Assembly: GCA_002269645.1 (NCBI GenBank) | Contig: NIVC01001953.1 | Coordinates: 1 to 64,000, forward strand | Origin: Macrostomum lignano | Taxonomy: Eukaryota | Direction: 5' to 3' | Length of the DNA stretch: 64,000 nucleotides | Shown here: piece after piece, positions 36,017-50,184 of the stretch | Layout: each line of letters begins with the position of its first letter | How positions within the stretch are numbered: position 1 is the first letter of the stretch | Notes under the pieces: model-generated | Told to the model about the DNA's origin: nothing | The model's database searches: none | Seen by the model: only the letters and a program-made list of their open reading frames with translations | Position numbers and translations under genes: made by a program

Positions 36017-37329
36017 CTGTTTTTTGTTGTTTGTCTTGACTCAAATGCTTTTATTATTCTTAATTATGTTTCGTAACCTTTTCTGCGTTCAGAGACCAAG
36101 GATCCTTTGACTTCACATTCTAGAAACAAATGATAGGAGCTCAACTTTTTCTATCTCTTAAACGTGGGTCTTCTATTAGCATAGAATATGTATAAGAGAG
36201 ACACAAAATATTGGAGCCACAGGGTTGCGAACCACCTCCTCTTGGAATTTTGGCTTGTCCCACCACAATCAGTGGCGCAACCGGGGGGGGGGGGCGCGAC
36301 CGCCAGAGGCGGAGGCGGAGACCAGAAAAATATCAAAGGAAACCAAGCGAATTTTTGCCAAAATACAGAGCCACCCCTGCACCCCCTTGGGTCTTTGCCT
36401 TTAAAAATCCTAACTAGGTTAACAAGGTTTCCCCCCAATATATTTTTCATTAGTTAAAAGGTTGAACAGTATTTACTCTCATAATATTTTGCTTAAAATT
36501 TAGGTGCATGAGTGCTCTTCAATAGACTTAGCTGTTTTTTTTGTAAGAAAAGAGAACTTCTAAAAATTAGAAAGCCGTCATGTCTAAAATTATATATTAC
36601 GAGCGTACGTTCTTTTTTGCTCGTACCTTCATTTTAATGAGCGCAACGCACAGAAATTGAGTAGCTAATGCCTGTCTAGCTGCGTCTTTGTACAATTTTT
36701 AACTGTCCCTATATTCAACTCCTGTACAGTAAATAAAATAAGTCTAAAAAAGAGCGCTAGACATCTGCACAGACATCTTTGCCTAAAGTAGCACCAGATT
36801 ACTACTTAAGTAGTATACGCGAATTTATCGCAGTTTTTGTGGCGTTTAGCAGAAAAATCATTGAATTTGCTCAAAAACACATCACTTGTCGCTTTTCGCT
36901 TTTTCTACCTGTTTTTTAACTTTCACCACTAACAGGCAAAATACGATAAAGGAACAAAGTGGGCATTAAACATATAAAAATACTGACGAATGCTATTGCA
37001 TTCAAGTCTAACGCTTACATGTATGTGCCGTAATGCGAAGCAGCAAGCCTCAGAGACGCTTTCTAATAGGACTGATACATATTCTACCTAGGCCATATTT
37101 AGGATTAAATAGCAAAACATTTTCACCTCAACGTGTTGTCCTGGGTTTTCTATGCTGCCTTTCGTTCTGTAATGGGCAGTTCTGCAGACGTTTCAGGCGG
37201 TGAGAGAGACCATCCTTAGTATATTCTTTTGATAAATGGTTATAATTTATAATTAATAAAGGCTGATTAATCAAAAAAGCTGATCATAGACTGCAAGGTC
37301 ATAAAAGTATAGCGTCTCAGGGCGCACCC

Positions 37330-37770
37330 AAGTGCCTGGAAGCAGACATTAACCAACAGAGTCCAAGGCGCCGGAAGTCAGCCAGCAGACAGTTGACGAA
37401 ATGTCAAGTGCGCGTCTGCAGCATTATCTATATACCTTCTGCACAGGATGTGTGCAATACGACTCGGCGTGGATGATCTTGTTTGCTCGCCAACTGGAGT
37501 CACCAATGGCACTACGTACAGTTCACTTGGACGGACCAGGCGCTGCTATTATAGAGTGCCGCTTCGATGACACGCTCGTCAGCCAGCGTCAAATTTTTGT
37601 TCTAGCGAATCTGTCAATTCCTGGTCTGGTTCTACAGCAACGATACTTGTTCCATCAAAGCCATAAGCTGATACAGCAACCATCCGATCCAAGCATACGG
37701 TATGTAACGTCTGTCGTTCGGACGACTACCATCCATAAAAGTGGCACAAGCATTAAGACGAAATGCTCGA
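37330..37770 (-). pseudogene. Degraded 3' relic of a related RTE-like element
   Basis: GGCGCCGGAAGTCAGCCAGCAGACAGTTGAC and ACGACTCGGCGTGGATG match 31285-31420 of the intact element. Confidence 0.7.
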
Positions 37771-39096
37771 TTTAATATTAAGTCAGCTTAGGAATGCTTA
37801 AAAGTATGAATAGAAGCACGTTAAGATCGCCTTTGAGTATCATCTCAACAGTGTCTAAACAAAATTATTCTTGCGTCTCTCAGAATCATGCACGAAAGAT
37901 AAGTACGTCTTATTTATTTTTTAGTTTTATTATAAAACGAGTCAGCTTTCTTAAAAGTACTACAAGGATACGTCCGTAAGTTCACTGCAATAGATTATCG
38001 TTTCCGGGCTTAAAATAATGAACGGGAATGCAATACATTCATTAGTTAAAATTTACGGGTCAAATGTCGTGCAATCTGACGAGCATTGGCTAAATTCGAT
38101 TAAGCCATCTGATGGGTTTCTACCTTTTGGCCCCCTTGTGGGGAAGCCTTCGGGCCTCCCCGAAGAAAAATAGAAAGTGAAGATAATGAAGAGAAATCGC
38201 TAATCGCTAATCCCAAAGTACTTTTAGGGGTAAAACGCATAGCTGTTAAAGCTGTCACACGCTTGAGTGAACCCGAACAATAGGCCCTGACCTCATAAAT
38301 CTTGATGGCCTGTCAAAATGATGAGAAAAAAGCTACCGCCCGCATCCTCTCAGACCATCTGGCGCCAGTCTCAACACTGAGTGAGGTACAGGTGGCTGTC
38401 AGACCAGCTCGAAAGCAATGATTTATGACCCCAAAGGTAGCAAAAAAACCGCGCCTATGTTATTATAACTACAAGTATGGCAGATTCATATACTCGTAGC
38501 TACAGAAGTCCTACTAGTATGAATTCTAGAAAAATTACGAAAAAAGGGAAAAAATGCCCATAACCTGCTCTTAGTAGGCTAGCAAGTTTAGAGCCCATGT
38601 GCTAGCGTGGAATTTGGGAAAAGTGCGTCCTCATCACATCGATTCGACAACTCTACTCAATCAGCCTTCAATCCTGTGTCAAAATTGATCATTTCAATCG
38701 TCCGATGCAAAGCTGCAACAGCTGTGCTTCCTCTCGTAGCAACAACTGCATTCGCATTCGGTTTTCAAGATGCGTCGTCTTGTTTGGAGTAGGAGGGCAA
38801 CTTCCTGCGCTGGAAGCGCCGAAGCAACTCGAAGCGGAATAATCTTAACTAGCGAAACAGTTAGAGTTATTATTACATGTAACAGTTAAAGCGCCGCTCT
38901 GATACATCGATCGCTTCAATTTAGGGGCTAAGTTGGCAACCACTTTGGCTTTGACTATGGTTTAGCAGCATCTCGCCCCGCTATTCTGCTCTCTAATGTA
39001 AACTTCTACTTGGCCTCGACTAATATTAGACAAGCCGCGCCAAAACTACGTTTACTTTCATTTTAAAAAATTCGGCGACTATAGAATCAATGTGAT

Positions 39097-39438
39097 TGTC
39101 GTATTATATTGAGACCGACTTCTAGAAACCTCCCGCATGAATAAGATTTATTTACGTATATTTCTAGAAATTTATTTATTCGTATTTACGCGTGTTTTCC
39201 GGAACTTTTTCCCACGCGAGTATAAATATACGACCCCTTTCCCCTTTTTACTTAAGTATTTCTGACACTCCTATAGTGTCTAGTGCTCTGCCATCATATG
39301 GCTCCTTCGATCTGCTTTCCTTAGCCGCCCAGCCGCCCAGCTTGCCTGGTTATTCAGCCCTCAATAAAAGCGTACGGCGTTCGACTCGTACATAAGATCC
39401 CGGTTTCCTGCCTTACTTTAATGGGTAGGAATACAACA
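39097..39438 (+). mobile_element. Solo LTR (342 bp)
   Basis: Termini TGTCGTATT...AATACAACA (8/9 inverted match) and 5-bp TSD GTGAT (39092-39096, 39439-39443). Internal TATAAATA (~39220) and AATAAA (~39363). Confidence 0.82.
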
Positions 39439-40948
39439 GTGATAAAGCATTCTGCCTTATCCACCTTACAGCCCTGACACCGCTCCATCCGATTATCACC
39501 TATATCTATCGCTGTCGAACTCTCTGGCAAACAAATCCTTCCATTCTGATGAAGAACCTAAGGCCGATCTATAATGGCCTATTTTATTAGGCCAGCAAAT
39601 GATCAGTGTAGTAGGTTGGCAGATAACTTAAAGGCGAGAGATTTTTTAGGGACTAAGTGTTTGATATAAGTGTTTTAAGCAAAATACTTTTGCTTAAAGT
39701 ATTGTCAGTGGAAGTAAATTATAATTTAAAATGTAAGTTGTATTAAAAGTTTTTGTAAGTTTTGTTTTATCTGTTTATTTATTTAAATTATAAAGCGTTC
39801 AAAATTTTGTTAAATTTGAATTTATTCTCGTTGTTGTTATTGTATATCGTCATTCAGAACACAATTAATTTCTGTGAATCGCCACTATTCGCCTCGTGAA
39901 CACTTCAACACTTCTTTCTTACCCTCTACCTCGACGTCACTCATAGGGATTCTACTGTACTCTATGTCTACCGTCTATTATACATAATGCGTCACCGCAT
40001 TAGTTTGTTCAAATATGCAAGAAGTAATTACAGCTCAGCTCTGAATACTAATTATTCGATTTTATTCTTGTGCTTAATAATACTAAATCGAAATTAATAG
40101 GGCCTAGTCCAAAATCAGTCATGTTGGCCTAGGCCAAACCTTTTTTTGTTTATTTTCTTTCTATCTTGGCTCAGGTTTAATTAATTAGGACAAAGAGGTT
40201 ATGAAAATAAAAAATTGTCTTAAATTTTGGCAGTGCTTGATACTGCTTATCCATATGGTATTGTAGAATTTATAGGAATAATTTTTATCTTATTCCTACA
40301 TATTCTAGCTACATTCCTATATAGACCAATAGGATAGCTATCTTGCCTATATGCCATATGGATAAACAGAAAATTATTCGCATAGGCCTAGTGGGTCTTA
40401 TAATTATTAATATTGGTGGTGTATTACATTGATATAGCTATTGCTACTATTGCCTCAAATATACACCATACATACTAATATTTTTTTGGCTATGAACATT
40501 CTACATTGGAGTTGAATTGGTTCTCTGTTGCAATTATAAGTAAGGGGATTGCCACGATTGGTGGCAGTTATTAGTAATTATGATTGATAAAAATGGACTA
40601 GAAGGGAAAGATAAAGTCAAAGATAGAAAAGGTAAAATCTTATTTAGCCTAGGCCCTAGCTCTTGCATTTAGGATTAAGACTAGCAATCTAGTGCTCCCC
40701 TAAGCAAAGAGCAAAAATTGCATAATTCTAGTTTACTTCATTATAGTATTTTGCCTTTCGTTAAATTATTTTACCCTGTTTTTCTATCAATTTTAGGTTC
40801 AAGGTCAAGTCAAGTCCTAAACAGGATAATAAACAGAGGCCCTGGGTTTTTTTTTTCGCCAGAGATAAGGTGCGAAATCGCACCTTGTGCCAAATTTCAA
40901 GGTGCGATTTTAAGGCTCAGAGTGCAATTTCTCTTGAGTCTTGTTTAG

Positions 40949-43432
40949 AATGTGAGGGTTTCACGAGAGATGTTCAGACAGACATTCGAAACGATCGTCT
41001 GTGGCTTTAAACAAGATTGACCCGCTTCAACCATCTTTTTGGCAAATACTTACGCAAGTGTTGGGCGTCGAATAAGCTTTAATTTATTAACTGAAGTAAA
41101 AATCCTTCTGACATACATTGATTTAAAAATTGCTTAGCAACACTAGCTCTGATTAGAAATCGCTTTAGTGTTGACTAAAATTGTTTTGATTGTAGCAGCC
41201 TAAAAGCAGATACTGGATTTAAAAATGCTTCGATTTACTCTATACGCATGTCTCAGCTTTAAAATGACACCTCAGGCGTCGCAAAAGACAGCTTTGATGC
41301 TGAGATATTCGACACTAAACATGCATTGCTTTGCGCAATCTCACATTCAGAAATTTCACTGATTTTTTGTCGATATTTGTGCAGTTGCCGTGTCCTTGTT
41401 TTTCATCAGAAACTTGTCAAATTCTAGTCATGTCCAGTTTAAACCTGGACTTCTCTTAAACTGTCTTAAGTATTTGATTTTTAATGATTCCTGCCTTTAT
41501 ATTGCATAGATTGTACCTGAGTCAGTGAGTCTGTGAGTGTACATTTGTACATATGGCAACCAATCATGACTTTTTCACTGCTTTGTGGTTCAAATAAATA
41601 TACGAGTGTACGAGAAACATGTTCCAACTGTTATTGAGAGAAATTGACGTCGCGTTTATTAACAGTCAGTGGCAATTAATATGAAGCAAATAGTTTATTG
41701 TTATGTTTTTACTTTTTTTGCGTGGCAATTCTGCTATCCAAATCGGAATGAGGTAAGCGGTGGGAATAAAATAAAAAAGAAGAATTTTTTCTACTGTTGT
41801 TGCAACCCAATAGCTATATGTACTTCAAACTTTTTAGATTGAACTGGCGATTTCTAATGTACTGCTAAGCTTTCCAATCCCTACGGACTACAGTAGCAGT
41901 TCTTAACTTTTTTTCTGTCTTGACTTCTAGACTCGGAATTCGGAACAACCTAAGGAGCCGCATGAAAATATTTAATTGGATAAAGATATTTTCTAAAAAC
42001 AGCTCAAGTCGTGACACATCTTCTTCTCACCTCAGTCCATCAACTGCTGCTCCTTCTGAGACCAAAGCGATCGTGAAAGTAAAACAGATCAGTTTAGATC
42101 CCATGGCCATGAATACAACCATTTCAATTGTGAACCTGCTTCGCTTACAAGTACGAGCACTAGCCTTCCATTTGATGTCATTAGCTCACTTAACTCTGAA
42201 ATAGTTCAAGGACGGTTCCAAATGTTGAGATCTGACGTAGAAGCAGTCCAATTTGTGGAAATTTATCAACTGGACTCCATGAATCACTCCAATGAAAGGC
42301 AGCGAATAGCTGCAGAATGCGTAAACAAGTTTAAGTGAGTCACAAAAACCCCATTTACTGTAACTACATACACTTGTACGTTAGCAAGGCTCCATGCGAT
42401 GGTTAATAAATGGAGAAGTAGACAAGCATCTGAACAAATATTGAATAAAAATCAGTGAAGTTTCCGAATGTGAGTTTGAGCAAAGCAACGTTTAGTGTCG
42501 AATATCTCAGCATCAAAGCTGTCCTTTGCAATGCCTGAGGTGTCATTTTAAAGCTGAGACATGCGTATAGACATGACTAGAATTTGACAAGATTCTGATG
42601 AAAAACAAGGACATGGCAACTGCACAAATATCGACAAAAAATCAGTGAAATTTCTGAATGTGAGATTGCGCAAAGCAATGCATGTTTAGTGTCGAATATC
42701 TCAGCATCAAAGCTGTCTTTTGCGACACCTGAGGTGTCATTTTAAAGCTGAGACATGCGTATAGAGTAAATCGAAGCATTTTTAAATCCAGTATCTGCTT
42801 TTAGGCTGCTACGATCAAAAAAATTTTAGTCAACAGTAAAGCGATTTCTAATCAGAGCTAGTGTTGCTAAGCAATTTTTAAATCAATGTATGTCAGAAGG
42901 ATTTTTACTTCAGTTAATAAATTAAAGCTTATTCGACGCCCAACACTTGCGTAAGTATTTGCCAAAAAGATGGTTGAAGCGGGTCAATTTTGTTTGAAGT
43001 TACAGGCAATCATTTTGAATGTCTGTCTGAATGGGTCTCCCTAAAACACGCCCCGCACCGCCCTGCAGCGCTACACATTAAAACAAATTGGACTATAACT
43101 AAAGACACTTCAGAATGCGTTTTCTGTTAAGCTTCAAGTTTTTATTAAATTTAGTTTTTTACTTTGAAATATAAAATTCGGTGAACAATAAGTGATATTA
43201 ATAATAATATTAATAAAATAATAATATTATAATTAAATAATGAAAACGAGAATATAAAAAATAAAAATATTTAAAAAAATAAATAAAGATATTTATTCCA
43301 TTACTATTTTAACTTTTCCTTGCAATCAAATACTGCATTGACAAAAAATGTTATAATGTGTAGCAGTTCGGGGCCCGGTGCGGGGCGTGTTTTAGGGAGC
43401 CTTTGTCTGAATATCTCTCGTGAAACCCTCAC
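40949..43432. mobile_element. Foldback-type structure with ~485-bp inverted arms (40949-41434; 42570-43432 minus the MITE)
   Basis: The arms are reverse complements over their length. A partial extra arm copy lies at ~42450-42570. Confidence 0.85.
43033..43402. mobile_element. MITE with ~28-bp TIRs inserted in the right foldback arm
   Basis: TGTCTGAAT duplicated at 43024-43032 and 43403-43411. TIR core CTCCCTAAA(A)CACGCCCCGCACCG. AT-rich interior. Confidence 0.78.
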
Positions 43433-46400
43433 ATTGCTCACATTTCAGACAACTGGGAATGTATATTTTAATATCTTACATAAGGCTATAGCTATAGGCT
43501 ATATCGCCTATATGACTTAATAGGATTTAAAGAGTTATTTTGTTTCATATTTTAAGGCAGTGCATAAAAAATAGCTTAAGCATGGTTAAGCCTTTAAAGA
43601 AAAATGGTTATAAGACCGCACCTAAACTGCACCTACTTTTTTAATTTCAGGGTGCGATTTTAAAATTTAGGGTGCATACGCACACTCTGCGCACAAAAAA
43701 AAAACCCTGCAGAGGCCCAGTACAGCATGGCACCGAAGGGGTTGTTAAAGTACATGCGGCGCCAGATATACTCCTCGAGATGGCCCTTGAAAAGTGTGTT
43801 GCTTGTTCCATGCATGGCACGCAGGCGCCTCTTGGCCAGGGCCCATGTCTCCTTGATGCGGTTTGTGTGCACTATTGGGTCAGCCGGATCCACAAAGTGT
43901 AGACGGTGGTTTACCACTGTATGATTCTGTAGCCTGGCATAGGCCAGCCAGCCATCAGTGATGATATGGGTCCCTGGTAGCACGTGGCATTGGATAATTG
44001 GTAGCAGCATCCTTGCGGCGCAATCAGGTACAACAACCATCATGGCAGTGTTGGTTTCACACTCCACCATGCCGAGTACCCAATGGCCCTCGCACGAAGC
44101 ACCCTGGTGGTATTTATAATGCATAAATTTTGACTCATCCACTTCCACCATGTGTCCAGGTCTGCCAAGCTCTATTGGGTGGTCAAGCAGGTACTGCTGG
44201 CAGATGTCGCGCAGGAATTTGTGCCAGTCCATGGCTGTCTGGCGCGCAATGTTGACCTGCTCGTGGGCCTCCTGCTGCAACATCTCCAAAGCCCAGTAGT
44301 ACATGAACTCCAACACCTGGGCTAGTCGGAGGTGCTAATTGGCAAAAAATGATCCATGTGTGATGGAGTGCTGTGCCCAACATTTGCGGCAAGCCTAGGC
44401 ATAGCCGTTGACAAACATGCTTCCCTGTCTGCATTGCAGATGCATGTCTATGTCACATCTCGCCTGGTTGGAAATCAGGTGATGCTTCGCAAGCCACTTC
44501 ATGGTGGTGAAGTCATCCCGACTGGCTTCCACCATCTCGCAAATTCTGAAGTTTCTTTTAGTTTAAAAATAGTTTAAAAGCTTGGCAGCATTAACAATTT
44601 CATTTGCAGGACAAATAACTGTTGGTGCAGCTGGCCGACCAGCCATAATGGCTGAAAGGGTTGTGGTAAGAGTACAGATGCAAGAAAATACATTAAAATA
44701 ATATAATGAAGTAAAGTAGAATTATGAAATAATATAACAAAGTAAAGTAGAATTATGAAATAATATAACAAAGTAAACTAGAACTATGCCCAAAAATTAT
44801 TCATACAAATCCATTAAAATAAGAACCAATTCTTTTTTTAGTTTTACAAATTACCTTATTCAAGTAAAATATAATAGGGATTTTGCTTCTCACTGTAAAG
44901 ATCCCACTGCTAGTAGGGCCTAATAAAGTTATTATAGGACTTATTATAGGATGTATGAGTACATAGTAATGCATGCACATTTACAATCCCCCGCTAGAGC
45001 TTGTGTTACCCACCTTCTACTTATTAAATTGAGAATAAATATACCTAGCTAAATACCTAAATATACATAAATATAAATTTGTATTGCTTTTTTAATTGTG
45101 AAGTTTCATTGGCAAAAAATACATGTATTATAAATGCATTCTTTAGCTGTTATTAATTGTTGCCAAAGTGATCCAAATGTGTCACCAAAGTGACTTGTTG
45201 CCAAAGTGATTGATAACCCTATTAAGCCACTAAAGTTGTCCTAGGGGTTGCTTCTATATTTAAGAATAATCCCACTGATAAGCCACTAATGCTTTTATTT
45301 GAAGTTGCATAGGACTAGTTTTCTATGTAGTATTTGATGTACTTTTGGTATTATATTATTTACTAGTAGCATTTCATGTAAAATTCATAGTATATAATAT
45401 AAAATTATTATTTAATTGCATACTATTTATTTATTGGCCTGAGCAGTCTTATGGCACTATGTACCCTACTTCTATACTTCCTAATTTTCTCCTACCAATA
45501 GGATCTCTCTCTCTCTTTCTCTCAGTCTTATGTATTCTTAGAATCATAGGGTCATAGCTTATACCCTAATAGGTTTACTGGCCTAAGACAAATTTCTAAG
45601 TCTAGTTGTCCTTACCCTATGATAAGAGTTCTATTTTCTAAGGCAATTTCTCAGATTCTAAATCTAGAGGTCTTGTTCTCTAAAAATAGAGTAAGTTCTC
45701 CCAATCTTGGGGCTTTCAATGCTCCTAAATAACTAAGATAGTAGTATTGCTCAAGCATTTTAATGCACAAGTGAATGAGAGAACAAGTTCTAAGTCACAT
45801 GTACAGAAACAGGTTGACTCCTTTCCTGGTAGCTTCTTTTGTATTTATGGACCCTTTTAGCATGATTTTAAATAGAAAATTTCACAATATTTCTAATATT
45901 TCTAATACTATATACACATTTAAACAAATTGGCATCCTTTTGAATACAATATTTTCTAAGAAAACATTTCTAAAGAATAAGACCTATCTCAAAAATTGTC
46001 ATGGACAAAGATATTTGCTCTGAATCTCCTTTTTCTAAAAGTAACAAAAAAGATAATAGGCATTCTCTTTAAATAGAAGACATCCACAAGACAGCAAGCA
46101 TCCCCTAGATAGAAAGCAACCTAGATAGTAAGTGTTCCCCCCAAATACAATAGCAAGCATCTACCAAAAAGCACATCCCAAGATAGCAAGTACCCCCCCC
46201 CCCAAGAGCAAGCTTCTTGCCTCCTTGATATCAAGCATCCATTAATAGCAAGCATCCTCCTAGCTAGCAAGCATCTCCCCAATAGCAAGAATCTCTAGAT
46301 AACAAACATCCCTCAGATAGTAAGCATCCCTTAGATAGCAAGCATCCACCAGACAGCAAGTAGCTAGTGCAACTATTTCCTTGGCTAATGCAGTAATTGC

Positions 46401-47564
46401 TTTCTTGGGTAGTGCAATAATCTATCCATGTCTTAGCTAGCACAATAGTTCTTTTTTCAGCCTATGGAATAATTCCTTTTTCATCTAGTGCAATAATCTT
46501 TTACTCATCAAGTATAATAATCATTGTTTTATCAAGTGCAAAAGTCCTTTACTCATCATGTGCAACAATCTATAAACTCATCAGGTGCAATAATCCTTTA
46601 CTCATCAAGTGCAATAATCATTTGACCTTCAATAATTAGTACTTTAGTAGGCCCTACCCAAAAGCCATTGGCCTAGTCAGGAAAGCAGTAAATTTCACTA
46701 AATTTTCTGCTGCAAATAGGCCCCTTGGCTATTTCTCTGGTATACTTGGTATATTTGGCACTAAAGGAGAAATAAGAACTTATAACTTGGTGTTGTTGGT
46801 GCATAATGAATGCATAGATTCCCTTGATCAATATAAGAATTTTATAGATTTTTGTTATATCAATAATTCTTTGGATTTTTAGAAGTTTATTAGAAATTTA
46901 GTATAGGTGGATTTAATATACTTATAGTATCTTTTGACAACAGTTAATTTTATTACTGTAAGCATGAAAGATTGCTCAAAGTTTAAATTAAATTCTATTC
47001 AGATTAAAACAAATCTATCACAAGTGATTGAGTCCAAGAATGACAATAAAGTTTATAACCAGATTTTTTTAAGTTTGTTTATAGGATATGAAAAACCTTT
47101 AGAGAAGTTTTAACATATGGTGCAAAGAATAAAATTGATGTTCTTGGTGTCAAATTAATCTGAATTCATAATAATTTTGTTACCCTGGATGCTTAAGTCT
47201 TTTTAATCATTAATCCTAAATTGACATTTGATGTCACAATTTTTTAATTTGTCTATATGTTGACATTAATAAAATGTTTAAAATAACATTTCAATAGCCA
47301 GTTGGAAAAACTAAACTATAGGCATTTTGAAAAATATTAAAACAGCTTTATAAAATATGTAATTGTTCCTTTATATAGTAGATTTTTTATAAGAGGAAAC
47401 ATTAAGATTTGTTCTCATGTTGATATCTATATTGGCACAAAGACAAAGAATCTATATTGTTGGTCCAATTTTCATAAGAAATTTTTATCTTAACTCCATT
47501 TTCTTGTTTAAATGGAATAGCAACAAAAAACAAGTTTATTAAAAAATTCTAAGGACATAATGTA

Positions 47565-48851
47565 CGAGGGCTGAGCAATAAGTTTCCAGGTGTGCTCAGA
47601 CAGAAATAGTTAGAGAGAAAAAAACAGTTATATCTTTTCAAAGTACTCTCTAGCAGATTCGATGCAAATTTTCATGCACTCAAACCACTTGCTGAAGCAG
47701 CTGGACCAATCTGAAGCAGGCACCTCCTCCACATGCCGGATGAAGGCCTCCACTGCAGCTTCTGGTGATCCATAGCGGATTCCACGCATCCTTTTTTGTT
47801 GTGGAAACACAAAAAAAGTCGCAGGGGCCAGGTCGGGGCTGTAGGGTGGATGACCGAGCTCTTGAATGCGCTCTCCGGCCAGGAACTCCGCCACCTGTCG
47901 AGCCTTGTGGGCCGGGGCGTTGTCGTGATGGAGAAGGATGCCCCGAGCTCAAGTCCTTGGGCGACGCCTGGAGAGAGCGCTCAGCACTTCTGGCAAGCAA
48001 ACGTCGGCGTACCAGTCACCGGTGACTGTGCGCTGCTGCACGAGTGGAACCGTGGCCAGATGACCGGTTTTCGCCACAAAAACGGCCACCATCTACTTCG
48101 CCACGCTGTGCTCTCGCCGAAGCTTGGATGGTGGGGTGCCGCCAACTGGAGTCCACTAGGCCGACTGCTGCTTAGTCTCCGGGTCGAAACTATAGATCCA
48201 GGACTCGTCACCACTGACAATATCCCAGACCGAGTTTGAGCTGCCTCCGTTGAATCTGTCGAGCATGGTGCGGCACCAGGTCACCCGAGCCTCCTGCTCC
48301 GGAGTCAGCTGATGAGGCACCCAGCGTGCAGAAATCTTGCTCAGGTTGCTGTGAATGCAGGATCGTCCTGATGGATCCTGATGAGATATCCACCTCTGCC
48401 TCTATCTGGGCCACAGTCACTCGGGCATAATCCTCAACCATGAAGGATGGACCAAGCAGCAACATTATCCTCGGTCGTTGCGGAGACAGGCCGGCCGCTG
48501 CGCTCCTCATCATCCAGACTCTGCCTGCCGCGTCGAAATTCGGCAAACCAGTCAAAAACGGTGGATCTAGATGGTGCTTCATCCCCAAAAGCTCCTGGCA
48601 ATCGCTCAAGACTTTCTTGCTGCCGCAAACCACTTTTAAAATCGTAATAAATCATTGCTCTAAAATGACTCCTACTGTGCTCCATTGTGAATTTGATAGA
48701 TAGGGTGGGTATGCTAGCTTGGTTTAGGTGCTGCACTGGCTATATATGACCAGTGTGTCTGAAACTTTACAAACATTGTACTTATATGGTGTCAGATTTT
48801 GTCAGCTGCCTCTCAACTATGCACATCCAGAAACTTATTGCTCAGCCCTCG
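47565..48851 (-). mobile_element. Full-length (1287 bp) mariner element with a decayed transposase (ATG 48685, stop 47628)
   Basis: TIR CGAGGGCTGAGCAATAAGTTTC at both ends, flanked by TA. Motifs SGDESW, HHDNAPAH and HPPYSPDLAP. Frameshifts and stops. Confidence 0.93.
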
Positions 48852-48913
48852 TATAATTATCACTGCAAGTCATGTTCTAATGGACAATAATATAAGATAT
48901 GCTATTGTTATAA

Positions 48914-49294
<381 letters not shown>

Positions 49295-49538
49295 ATTGTG
49301 GCGCCAGTTCCTGACTGACAGCTTGCTCATTTGTGTCCAGATGACTGTTGCGTTAAGCTTGATTGTAGTGGCTGTTTGGCTACAGCAACTGATCAATACA
49401 TTGAGTTGACACGCTGCCACACTTAAGAGTAGAGTGCGTTTGCTTAGCCTTGAAATAGCTCTGCTGATGGAATTTGTGCGGAGTTGGTGTTTGACACTTA
49501 TTTCTGTGTTTTGTAGCTTTTGTGCAGTCTGCTGCTTG

Positions 49539-49743
49539 TATCTATCTATCTACCTATCTATCTATCTACCTATCTACCTATCTACCTATCTATCTATCTA
49601 CCTACCTATCTATCTATCTACCTATCTATCTACCTATCTATCTATCTACCTATCTATCTATCTACCTATCTATCTAATTATCTATCCATCTATCTGTAGA
49701 TCTATCTATCTATCTATCTATCTATTTATCTAATTATCTATCC

Positions 49744-49820
<77 letters not shown>

Positions 49821-49925
49821 ATATCTATCCATCTATCTATCTATCTATCTATCTATCTAATATCTATCCATCTATCTATCTATCTATCTATCTATCTAAT
49901 ATCTATCCATCTATCTATAGATCTA
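49539..49925. repeat. (TCTA)n microsatellite
   Basis: Direct inspection. Confidence 0.95.
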
Positions 49926-50184
49926 TCTTTATCAATGATGTTCAACCCCCAGCGCCCCTAGTGCTAGTTTAATGTCCCACAGGCCACACCAGTAGAGCTC
50001 ATTCTAAAATTATAACAAGCAAGCATTGAGCTATTTCTCTACATTGCATGCAACTATAGCTACAACACTGACCTCCAGCCTGCTATACAAGCCGGCATCA
50101 ATCAGACAACTAGCGGTTGCAGCGTCACAGATTACCAAATCAATATTGTTTCCTAGCAACCAATCAACCGGGCGCATTAGAATC

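Larger units (their letters stand above)
40842..43709. mobile_element. Non-autonomous hAT-like DNA transposon
   Basis: 8-bp TSD CAGAGGCC (40834-40841, 43710-43717). Termini CTGGGTTTTTTTTTT...AAAAAAAAAACCCTG. Subterminal GGTGCGATTTT/GCACC repeats. Confidence 0.82.
40817..44540 (-). pseudogene. Merlin (IS1595/ISXO2-like DDE) transposase pseudogene split by a hAT insertion; coding parts ~44540-43710 and 40841-40817
   Basis: Zn-finger-like ACRKC...GSFF, VEVDESKF, WVLGMVE, IITDGWLAY, VNH...VHTN. In-frame stops. Rejoining across the TSD restores the C-terminus FGAMLYWASVYYPV-stop. Confidence 0.85.

Noticed and set aside
36270-36400. CAGTGGCGCAACCGGGG start resembling a hAT MITE terminus
   Set aside because: I found no matching inverted end or TSD nearby.
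39540-39580. Hammerhead ribozyme core CTGATGA (also at ~9145, ~42596 and ~48310)
   Set aside because: There is no properly placed GAAA or flanking stems at any of these sites.
43660-44316. Bacterial IS1595 insertion or contamination
   Set aside because: Eukaryotic Merlin elements have the same DDE motifs. The element is nested with eukaryotic transposons and is decayed.
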